Assembly (NCBI GenBank): GCA_964469905.1
Contig: CAYXZW010000005.1
Span: 36,330-100,329 of the forward strand
Source of the DNA: an uncultured Smithella sp.
GTDB taxonomy: Bacteria > Desulfobacterota > Syntrophia > Syntrophales > Smithellaceae
Reading direction: 5' to 3'
Length of the DNA: 64,000 bases
A model generated the notes under the pieces. The model was not told where the DNA came from. It made no database searches and saw only the letters and a list, made by a program, of their open reading frames with translations. How positions within the stretch are numbered: the stretch's first letter is position 1; each line of letters starts with the position of its first letter. Positions 1 through 7,707 of the stretch are shown one piece after another. The position numbers were made by a program, and so were the translations under genes.

Positions 1-310
1 CATGCAGAAAAAAATCAACGTAAAGCTTCGCAAACTCCAGCAGCAGGTCTGATGCCGAAGCTTCTTTTTGCAAAGAATTTATTATCCTTTTATGGAAATC
101 GATAATATCCATAATCAATATCTGAACATATATTTCTTCCTTGCTCTCAAAATACAAATATATTGAACCTTTGCTGAGCTCGGCGCTGGCAGCTATGTTG
201 TCAACGGTTACCGATTTAAAACCTTTTTCAAAAAACAATTTCCGTGCTGCTTTTAAAATTATGTTTTTGCGATTTTCTTTTTCTTTTTTTCTTCTTTCTC
301 CTGAGCTCAA
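1..310 (-). CDS. TetR/AcrR-family transcriptional regulator, N-terminal part (3' end runs off the window)
   Basis: Not in the ORF track because it is open at the window edge. Minus-strand reading from TTG 310-308 gives MSSGERRKKEKENRKNIILKAARKLFFEKGFKSVTVDNIAASAELSKGSIYLYFESKEEIY..., a typical TetR HTH. AAGGAGGA lies 9 nt upstream. Confidence 0.75.
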   Translation of the reverse strand, partial: MSSGERRKKEKENRKNIILKAARKLFFEKGFKSVTVDNIAASAELSKGSIYLYFESKEEIYVQILIMDIIDFHKRIINSLQKEASASDLLLEFAKLYVDFFLH

Positions 311-376
311 TTCTTAATCTCCTCCTTGTTTAACCTGCTGTTAGACCTTCAAATTAAATCACGACACAATAATTAT

Positions 377-386
377 ATTTCGAAAT
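377..386. promoter_or_regulatory. Perfect 10-bp palindrome ATTTCGAAAT about 70 bp upstream of the TetR start; candidate autoregulatory operator
   Basis: Palindrome read directly, with AT-rich flanks that are partly symmetric (TATATTTCGAAATTTAA). The function is inferred only. Confidence 0.25.
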
Positions 387-518
387 TTAAGAACCTTCCA
401 GCTTTTTAGATCCTGATCATTTCTTCAGAAATTCACCCCGAATAATATAAATGCAATCGTAAAAACGCAATAATAGGCAATGGATAATTGCTTATGATTT
501 TTTACGGAGACATCAAGA

Positions 519-1712
519 TCAATTACGGGACATTAAATGCTGCACAGCTTTTTCCAATCCATCCAAAGTAAGTTCATACATCGGAAATATTTTTCGAATA
601 TGATGAACTGTCCAGTCATGTTGCCATGCATCCTGCGACATAGGATTCAGCCAGACGGCATGCCGGAATGTTTTGGCCAGAATTTTCAGATACTCGATGC
701 TGGGCTTGGAATTGTTCTGATTAATATAAATGGCGCCATTGGCATTAGTAAGCTCATACGGCGCCATTGAGGCATCGCCGACAATAATCAGCCTTGTTTC
801 CGGATCGCTGCGGACAAAATCTTCCACCGGCAGCGGTTTTCGGAAGCGTTCGGGATCCTGCCAGACACTTTTATAAATGGTATTATGAAAGTAATAAATA
901 TCCAATTCTTTAAACTGAAAACCAGCATAATGAAAAAGAACCTGGACCAGCTCCACATAGGGATCCATCGACCAGCCGCCATTATCAATAAATAGTTTCA
1001 CTTTCAGGCGATCCGCTAACCGGCGGTCAAAGACAATCTCGATTTCACCGGCATTGCGCATTGTCTGATTAATGGTCTTGTCGATATTGACAACATCCCA
1101 CGGTCCGGATGATTTTAAATATTTTAACCTTTTCAGCGCTTCGCCTATTTGCGAAGCGGTAATCGGCCCTTCCTGCGAATAATCCCGATAGCGGCGCTCC
1201 AGCGCCACCTTTATTGCCGACTTGTTTTGCGAGCTGCCGCCCACGCGCATGCCGCCGGGATGATTGCCGGAATGGCCAACAGGTGAAGTGCCTTTGGTTC
1301 CAATCCATTTACTGCCCCCGTGATGCGCTTCCGTTTGGTCTTTTAAGCGCTGCTGGAAATAATCCAGTAACTCTTCCGGCGTCATTTTCTTTAACGCCTC
1401 TTCCGGTAGACCGAGCGCTTTGGCCATATCTGCCGGACTTTTTAACCATTCATTAAGCAGCGCTTTGGCCATTTCGGTCAGTTCGGCTTCAGTGGGATCA
1501 ACGTCAACAATTCCGCGAAAGGCCACTGCAAAGGCCGTATCATAAACATCAAAATAGCGTTCGCTTTTAACCAGTAAAGAGCGGGCGGCAATATAAAAAT
1601 CTTCCAGAGACCGGATCAAACCCATACCCAGTGCTTTTTGCAGTAGCAAAAAAGACTTGGGAGAAACAGGAATTCCTTTGTCGCGCAGCATAAAGAAAAA
1701 ATTTACAAACAT
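519..1712 (-). CDS. VWA domain protein, CoxE-like
   Basis: 397 aa. The N-terminus MFVNFFFMLRDKGIPVSPKSFLLLQKAL...EDFY is typical of VWA_CoxE proteins. It is paired with a MoxR-type ATPase upstream. Confidence 0.75.
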   Translation of the reverse strand: MFVNFFFMLRDKGIPVSPKSFLLLQKALGMGLIRSLEDFYIAARSLLVKSERYFDVYDTAFAVAFRGIVDVDPTEAELTEMAKALLNEWLKSPADMAKALGLPEEALKKMTPEELLDYFQQRLKDQTEAHHGGSKWIGTKGTSPVGHSGNHPGGMRVGGSSQNKSAIKVALERRYRDYSQEGPITASQIGEALKRLKYLKSSGPWDVVNIDKTINQTMRNAGEIEIVFDRRLADRLKVKLFIDNGGWSMDPYVELVQVLFHYAGFQFKELDIYYFHNTIYKSVWQDPERFRKPLPVEDFVRSDPETRLIIVGDASMAPYELTNANGAIYINQNNSKPSIEYLKILAKTFRHAVWLNPMSQDAWQHDWTVHHIRKIFPMYELTLDGLEKAVQHLMSRN

Positions 1713-1750
1713 AATTATTTATCTCAAAATATTTTTAAATTAGTAATTTT

Positions 1751-1916
1751 CAACGACTTCGTAAAAAGCTTCAAAGGCAAGGCGCGCAAATCCCGAGGAG
1801 TGAGTCGTACATTAAACGTACGTCGCAACGACGAGGGATGCAGCGCCAACGTCACCTAAAGGTGATAAACAGCATATGGACTCTCGCGCCCTTTAGGGTA
1901 TTTTACGAGGTTGTCA
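1751..1916 (+). repeat. Structured intergenic repeat, copy A (GAGNCGTA-loop-TACG core family)
   Basis: Terminal inverted repeats are CTTCGTAAAA...TTTTACGAGG and AAAGGCAAGGCGCG...CGCGCCCTTT. The core is GAGTCGTAC-attaaac-GTACGTCGCAACGACGAGGG, homologous to copy B at 36671-36796. Confidence 0.8.
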
Positions 1917-1918
1917 TC

Positions 1919-2767
1919 TCATCTGGACCCGGATGACTGATGCAAAGCCATATAAAGATCATTGCTCTTTTTAAACAGTACACCCAGGTAAGGAACTTTC
2001 CCCGCTTTCAGACTCTTTAACTGGAAATCCGGATCTGCCTGCAGGGCCCGAATCCAGTTAATCAATTCCCTGGTAGCCGGTTTTTTCTCTACTCCACGAA
2101 CATCGCGCAGACGGTAAAAGGCATCCAGACAAGCGCCGGCCATATCACTATTCAGATCAGGAAAATGCACCCCTATAATCTGGCGCATCAAATCGCGGTC
2201 AGGGAAAGCGATGTGATGGAAATTGCAACGACCGAGGAAGGGATCGGACAAATCCTTTTTTGCATTGGAAGTGATTATTATTACCGGACGGTGTCTGGCG
2301 GAAATAGTTTTATCGGTTTCCATAATATCAAATTGCATTTGATCGAGAATATCCAGCATATCGTCCTGAAAATCAGTATCGGCTTTGTCAATCTCATCAA
2401 TTAAAAGAACAACTTTCTTTTCGGCAACAAAGGCCTGACCGATTTTCCCCATCCGGAGATATTCTTCAATATTACTCACATTGCGGGCCGAATCGCCGAA
2501 GCGGCTGTCATTGAGGCGCGTTAATGTATCATATTGATAAAGTGCATCCACCAGCTTCATACTGGATTTAACATTAAGAACAATCAGCGGCATATGCAAA
2601 CTTTCCGTAATTGCATGAGCCAACATTGTCTTACCTGTCCCCGGTTCTCCTTTGAGCAAAAGAGGCATTTCCAATGCCATAGAAATATTTACTATTTTTG
2701 CTAATTCCTCATCCAGAACGTAGCGGGAAGCGCCACGGAATTTTACGGGTTGATGATCTGCTACCAT
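1919..2767 (-). CDS. MoxR/CoxD-like AAA+ ATPase
   Basis: 282 aa with Walker A GEPGTGKT and Walker B VVLLIDEIDKA. It sits upstream of the VWA partner. Confidence 0.85.
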   Translation of the reverse strand: MVADHQPVKFRGASRYVLDEELAKIVNISMALEMPLLLKGEPGTGKTMLAHAITESLHMPLIVLNVKSSMKLVDALYQYDTLTRLNDSRFGDSARNVSNIEEYLRMGKIGQAFVAEKKVVLLIDEIDKADTDFQDDMLDILDQMQFDIMETDKTISARHRPVIIITSNAKKDLSDPFLGRCNFHHIAFPDRDLMRQIIGVHFPDLNSDMAGACLDAFYRLRDVRGVEKKPATRELINWIRALQADPDFQLKSLKAGKVPYLGVLFKKSNDLYMALHQSSGSR

Positions 2768-3122
2768 AAAGATACTCCTTATTTATTATTTTTCGTCTTT
2801 TAATATACAAACACCATATAAGCATTTTCGGATCGCTGTAGTAATATACATCTGTCAAAACTTTGTCAATAACCGGAATGAAATAATTTCTACTGCGCAT
2901 TATTGTTCCGAACACACAAGACTTTGTCATAACTATCATTTATTCCTTTTTGTAGCACAACATCCATGAGTCGTTTGTCGCACAAAACCTCTCTGCCGGA
3001 CGAAAAAGAATTATTCGGGGTTCCTCCTCCTGCCACAGCCGAATTTGGCATACTTTTTTATATCAATGTGACCACAAAATCATCCACCCATTTTCCAAAT
3101 AAGCCTTGACAAACACGCGCGC

Positions 3123-3149
3123 ATGCTACTAATAAAAATTACGTAACAC
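3123..3149 (+). promoter_or_regulatory. Candidate NikR operator ATGCTAC-N13-GTAACAC, overlapping the putative promoter (TTGACA at 3106-3111)
   Basis: It lies 16 nt upstream of the first gene of the nik cluster. The same TGCTAC-N14/15-TAACAC arrangement recurs upstream of nikR (10813-10840). Confidence 0.55.
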
Positions 3150-3164
3150 AACAGGAGCTCAGAC

Positions 3165-3947
3165 ATGAACTTGTGCAGGTTAGTGGCCGGAATTTTATTA
3201 TCTGCTGTTTTAGCCGTCCCCGGATTATCCCGGGCAGCCCACCCCTTGATTACCGATGACGCCGGGACGATGGGTAAAGGCAAGTTCCAGTTGGAATTCA
3301 ATGCTCAATACGACTTGGACAAGGAAGATGTTGGAGGCGTGTCAGTAAAAACCACGAGAGGAGAAGTGGCAACCACTCTATCCTACGGTATAGTTGAAAA
3401 TGTCGATCTGGTCTTAAGCCTTCCCTATTCGTGGGGCAAGATCGAAGAAGACGAATCAATCACCTATAATGAAAAGGGCATCTCCGACATGGTTTTCGAA
3501 ACCAAATGGCGCCTCTGGGAAAAAGAAGGTTACAGTCTGGCAGTGAAGCCCGGCATCCGTATCCCCACCGGTGACGATAAAAAAGGTCTGGGAGCCGGAG
3601 AAATAGGCTATCAAGCCTTTCTAATCGGGTCAAAAGAAATAGCTTCCTGGTCATTTCATACAAATATTGGATATATTCACAATGAAAACAAAGTTGCCGA
3701 GCAAAGAAATATCTGGCATGCCTCTCTGGCAACAACCTGGGAAGCTCTTAAAAATCTGAGATTCGTTACCAATATTGGAATCGAACGCAATCCCGATGAC
3801 ACTGCGAAGAACCACCCTGCCTTCCTCATCGCAGGGGCTATTTATTCAATTGATGAAAATATTGATCTGGACTGCGGCGTGAAATACGGGTTGAATTCAT
3901 CAGAAACGGATTGGTCGCTCCTGGCGGGAATAGCCATCCGCTTCTAG
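3165..3947 (+). CDS. Outer-membrane beta-barrel protein (MetA-pathway/transporter-like family), first gene of the nik cluster
   Basis: 260 aa. It has a signal peptide (...LAVPGLSRA-AHP), the HPLITDDAGTMGKGKFQLEF motif, an alternating-strand pattern and a C-terminal ...GIAIRF. Confidence 0.65.
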   Translation: MNLCRLVAGILLSAVLAVPGLSRAAHPLITDDAGTMGKGKFQLEFNAQYDLDKEDVGGVSVKTTRGEVATTLSYGIVENVDLVLSLPYSWGKIEEDESITYNEKGISDMVFETKWRLWEKEGYSLAVKPGIRIPTGDDKKGLGAGEIGYQAFLIGSKEIASWSFHTNIGYIHNENKVAEQRNIWHASLATTWEALKNLRFVTNIGIERNPDDTAKNHPAFLIAGAIYSIDENIDLDCGVKYGLNSSETDWSLLAGIAIRF

Positions 3948-3988
3948 TCAATTCATTGAACACTATAAAATGTTGAAAGGAATAGATC

Positions 3989-5029
3989 ATGCACATGGCC
4001 GATGCTTTACTCTCTCCGGCAGTGGGTGCAACAATGTGGGCCGGATCGCTGGCTGCACTGGGTTATTCTTCAAGGAAACTGCAAGAAAATATCGACAACA
4101 AAACCATTCCCCTGATGGGAGTTATGGGTGCCTTTCTTTTTGCCGCCCAGATGATTAATTTCACTATCCCCGGTACAGGTTCCAGCGGACACCTGGGCGG
4201 GGGCATGCTCCTGGCTGCCCTTCTGGGACCATATGCGGCCTTCCTCGTCATGTCCTCGATTCTGACCGTACAAGCTCTCTTTTTCGCCGACGGCGGCTTG
4301 CTGGCTCTGGGCTGCAACATCTGGAATCTGGGCATCTACCCATGTTTTATCGCCTATCCGCTTATCTATAAACCCCTTGCCGGGAATGGAACAAGTGGCC
4401 GGCGACTGTCCATTGCCGCTATCCTGAGCACGCTGATCGCTCTGCAACTGGGCGCTTTCTCAGTTGTGCTAGAAACACTCCTTTCGGGCAAGAGCGAATT
4501 GCCCTTTGCCACCTTTGCTCTCCTCATGCAGCCGATTCACCTGGCCATCGGTCTGGTGGAAGGATTTGTCACGGCCGGGATTATCAGTTATGTGCAAAAC
4601 GCCCGACCGGAGTTCCTGGAAAACAGTGCACCTTCGCGTCCGCAGGCCTACGGCATCCCGGTCAAAAGAATTCTGATTGTCTTTGCGGTCCTGACTATAT
4701 TTACAGGCGGGGTATTATCCTGGTTTGCATCAACCAATCCGGACGGTCTGGAATGGTCTATTAAAAGCATTACCGGAAAGAGAGAGCTGGCCGAGCATGA
4801 GAAGGGTATCGCTTCCGTTCTCAGGAGAATTCAGGAAAAGACGGCTTTTCTCCCGGATTACAATTTCCAGTCAGCATCCGTCACGGAAGGCAAAGAGGGT
4901 AAATCTTCCTCCTGGCCGGGAGCCGAAGCGGGTACATCGATGGCCGGTTTGCTGGGCAGCGCAATTGTTCTGGGGCTGGTTTTGTTAATCGGATTCGGCA
5001 TTCGATCCTTCAAGAAAGGGCAAAGCTGA
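3989..5029 (+). CDS. nikMN: ECF-type Ni/Co transporter substrate component NikM/CbiM fused to a NikN/CbiN-like PDGLE module
   Basis: 346 aa with N-terminus MHMADALLSP and a multi-TM body. The C-terminal ~120 aa carries NPDGLEWSI between two TM helices. Confidence 0.8.
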   Translation: MHMADALLSPAVGATMWAGSLAALGYSSRKLQENIDNKTIPLMGVMGAFLFAAQMINFTIPGTGSSGHLGGGMLLAALLGPYAAFLVMSSILTVQALFFADGGLLALGCNIWNLGIYPCFIAYPLIYKPLAGNGTSGRRLSIAAILSTLIALQLGAFSVVLETLLSGKSELPFATFALLMQPIHLAIGLVEGFVTAGIISYVQNARPEFLENSAPSRPQAYGIPVKRILIVFAVLTIFTGGVLSWFASTNPDGLEWSIKSITGKRELAEHEKGIASVLRRIQEKTAFLPDYNFQSASVTEGKEGKSSSWPGAEAGTSMAGLLGSAIVLGLVLLIGFGIRSFKKGQS

Positions 5030-5031
5030 TA

Positions 5032-5838
5032 ATGGCCTTTGACAAGGAATATTATAATATCGGTTATCTGGACAGGCTCTCTTATTCGGATACATTCGTG
5101 CATGGGCTCGACCCCCGGATTAAACTGATCACCACCTTGCTTTTTCTCTTTACCGTCATATCCTTCTCCAAGTATGCAGTGGCAGAACTTTTACCTTTCT
5201 TTCTCTTCCCAGTGATTTTGTTGACTGCCGGAGAGATTCCCTTGTGGTTTATCCTCAAGAAGGTCGCGATTGTTTCACCCTTCGCGATCTTTATCGGCAT
5301 TTTCAATCCTCTATTGGATGGCGCGCCGGTGGCTGTTTTCCCGGGATTAACTATTGCGGCTGGCTGGTTTTCTTTTGCTTCGATTCTGCTTAAGTTTATT
5401 CTGACCGTCAGCACGGCGCTGCTGCTCGTCGCCACGACTTCTTTCCCGACGGTCTGTCATGGCCTCCGTAAGCTGGGTGTACCGTCCGTTTTCGTATCAC
5501 AGCTCCTCTTCCTGTATCGGTATATTTTTGTCCTCGCCGAAGAGACCATGCGCATCGTCCGCGCTCGCGACATGAGGTCATTTGGCCACAGGGGAACGGA
5601 CGTTAAAGTTTTTATCCGTATTGCGGGGGTCCTTTTTCTCCGGACGATTGAGCGAGCAGAACGGATATACTTTGCCATGCTGGCCCGGGGCTTTCATGGT
5701 GATATGCCGACTCGCAAGCGATACTCTATCGGGCCGCGAGACCTGGTCTTCGCAGCAGCGGTTGCAATCGGTCTGTTTGTCCTGCGGTTTTATCCGGTCA
5801 CAGAAATACTCGGCCGTTTTTTTCAGGAGCTGTTATAA
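5032..5838 (+). CDS. nikQ: ECF transporter transmembrane (T) component NikQ/CbiQ
   Basis: 268 aa polytopic protein containing ...ETMRIVRARDMRS..., the Arg-rich coupling motif of CbiQ/EcfT. It lies 2 nt after nikMN. Confidence 0.8.
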   Translation: MAFDKEYYNIGYLDRLSYSDTFVHGLDPRIKLITTLLFLFTVISFSKYAVAELLPFFLFPVILLTAGEIPLWFILKKVAIVSPFAIFIGIFNPLLDGAPVAVFPGLTIAAGWFSFASILLKFILTVSTALLLVATTSFPTVCHGLRKLGVPSVFVSQLLFLYRYIFVLAEETMRIVRARDMRSFGHRGTDVKVFIRIAGVLFLRTIERAERIYFAMLARGFHGDMPTRKRYSIGPRDLVFAAAVAIGLFVLRFYPVTEILGRFFQELL

Positions 5839-6572
5839 TGAGCCATCATATTGTTGATTTTAAAAATGTGTTTTTCCGTTATCCCGACAAAACAGAGGCG
5901 CTCCGGGATATTTCCTTCCGCATCACTCATGGCGAAGCTGTCGGCATCATCGGGGCAAACGGTTCCGGTAAGTCTACTCTGCTTTTGCACATGAACGGTC
6001 ACCTGCTCCCCGCATCAGGAACGGTGACAATCGGCGATCTTCATCTGAACCGCAAAACCCGCCAGGAAATCCGGAAAAAGGTGGGCATCGTCTTTCAGAA
6101 TCCCGACGATCAACTATTTATGCCTACCGTTTACGATGATGTTGCCTTCGGTCCACTCAACCTCGGCATGGATGAAGATGTTGTTCGGAAGCGGGTTCAC
6201 AGCGCGTTGAGCCTGGTAAACAGTTTTAATCTGCGCGACAAACCGCCGCATCATCTTTCCTGCGGTCAGAAAAGCGCTGTGGCAATTGCTGCGGTCATGG
6301 CCATGGAACCTGACATCCTGGCAATGGATGAACCGGCAGCCAACCTTGATCCAAAATCAAGGCGCTTGCTCATCAACCTGCTGAAGACATTTACTCACTC
6401 CAAGATTATCGCCTCCCACGACCTTGACCTGATTCTGGATGTCTGTTCGCGCTGCATCGTAATCAGAGAAGGCACCGTGGCGGCGGATGGACCGGCAAGA
6501 GAAATACTCTCGGACAGAAAACTGCTCGAAGAAAACAATTTGGAGTTGCCTTTGTCACTCCAGAGAGGCTGA
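5838..6572 (+). CDS. nikO: ECF transporter ATPase NikO/CbiO
   Basis: 244 aa with Walker A GANGSGKST, signature LSCGQKSAV and Walker B ILAMDEP. Its start overlaps the nikQ stop. Confidence 0.9.
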   Translation: MSHHIVDFKNVFFRYPDKTEALRDISFRITHGEAVGIIGANGSGKSTLLLHMNGHLLPASGTVTIGDLHLNRKTRQEIRKKVGIVFQNPDDQLFMPTVYDDVAFGPLNLGMDEDVVRKRVHSALSLVNSFNLRDKPPHHLSCGQKSAVAIAAVMAMEPDILAMDEPAANLDPKSRRLLINLLKTFTHSKIIASHDLDLILDVCSRCIVIREGTVAADGPAREILSDRKLLEENNLELPLSLQRG

Positions 6573-6580
6573 TCAGGCTT

Positions 6581-7105
6581 TTAAAACACTGCACCTTCAC
6601 TTAACATCCGGCACAAAAACAGGGGTTTGGTCTTTTGATCTGATTGTCCTCCTCCCTTTTTGTTCTTGCCCTTCTTAGGAGATTCCGGCGGTAAAATGAA
6701 GTAGATTCCGACCAGGAGAAATGCATCAAAAACAATTGGTTTCCAAAAATTTTTTTTCTGCTCTTCTTCTTTCAGGGGAGATAAAATATTTTTAGCATAT
6801 CCATCTTCTGATTCCATCGTTATCAAATAATCGGCAACAACGTTAAAAAAAGCACTTTCCACTTTTAAGATCTTTTTATTATTAATGAGATCTATATTGC
6901 CTGTATTTTTAGAAATGTTTGATAAAAAATGATCTTTAAACCAGGAATGGGTGGAGTGAGATAGTTCATAAATTACAAAAGTGGCAATCTTTATTTTTAA
7001 ATTTGTTTGTTCTTCTTCCTCTAATTTCATCTTGGCAATTAATGATTTTCTTGCGGCTTCGTAATAATCCTTAAGATTTTTCACAGCATCCTTTTTGTCG
7101 TTCAT
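6581..7105 (-). CDS. Hypothetical protein with one C-terminal TM helix; AT-rich orphan
   Basis: 174 aa with no recognisable motif and the TM segment WKPIVFDAFLLVGIYFILP. It is clearly AT-richer than its neighbours by eye and is convergent with nikO (8-nt gap). Confidence 0.45.
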   Translation of the reverse strand: MNDKKDAVKNLKDYYEAARKSLIAKMKLEEEEQTNLKIKIATFVIYELSHSTHSWFKDHFLSNISKNTGNIDLINNKKILKVESAFFNVVADYLITMESEDGYAKNILSPLKEEEQKKNFWKPIVFDAFLLVGIYFILPPESPKKGKNKKGGGQSDQKTKPLFLCRMLSEGAVF

Positions 7106-7707
7106 TTTGCTTACCTCAACATTTTATGCCATAAGACAATTTCATTAACAGTAATTTCTTGTTCATTATAAATACCATGTTCTTTGGCAATATCGAACAA
7201 ATTTTCCGCACTAATGGTATTTTTTTCCCGTAATAAGCATAAATCAGAAAATTATTGCTTACTCAATAATGTATTTTGCTATTATTCATGAGAACTGCAT
7301 TTCCCATACCAAATGGACAAGAGAGCCTCTCCAAAGCCAAAAAAATTTCTCCTCTGTAATAATGACCGGATAAAAAAGAGGAAATACTTCCCCAACCAGT
7401 ATTTTACTGTTTACTAACATTCAACTACACCTGCGATTACCTAGCGGGCGGAAGCGCTGATCGGCATAGCCCATACCCAGTTCCACGATGAGCTCACAAA
7501 GCAGGCCCGCGAGATGAAAATCCGGTTCGATTAAGCCTGGGAAAACAGGCCATTTTCACTGCTGGTAATTATCTTCTCGACATTTACGGACAATTCCATA
7601 TAAATGTAAGGCGATGAGGGATTTTAATGGGCCAAATATTTTCAGCTTGTCATAAACAGGAAATTTGACACATAGTGTCCGGATATTTCATATTGAGGAG
7701 ATAGACC

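Noticed and set aside
2940-3105. Possible cobalamin riboswitch or small RNA upstream of the nik/cbi-type operon. This includes the hairpin ATTCGG (3013-3018) / CCGAAT (3039-3044) followed by a T-run at 3054-3059.
   Set aside because: No B12-box-like core was recognised. The T-run is 9 nt away from the stem, so it is not a canonical terminator. No convincing promoter for an sRNA was found.
7111-7242. 43-codon frame coupled to the 174-aa orphan gene.
   Set aside because: It has no ATG or GTG start; only an internal TTG would give 27 aa. It may be a remnant or a non-canonically initiated small gene, and the evidence is insufficient to call a CDS.
7450-7535. 29-codon open frame ending ...HTQFHDELTKQAREMKIRFD*, which looks like the C-terminus of a real protein.
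   Set aside because: It has no start and an upstream in-frame TAG, and I cannot assign a family by eye. It is reported only as part of the islet finding, not as a feature.
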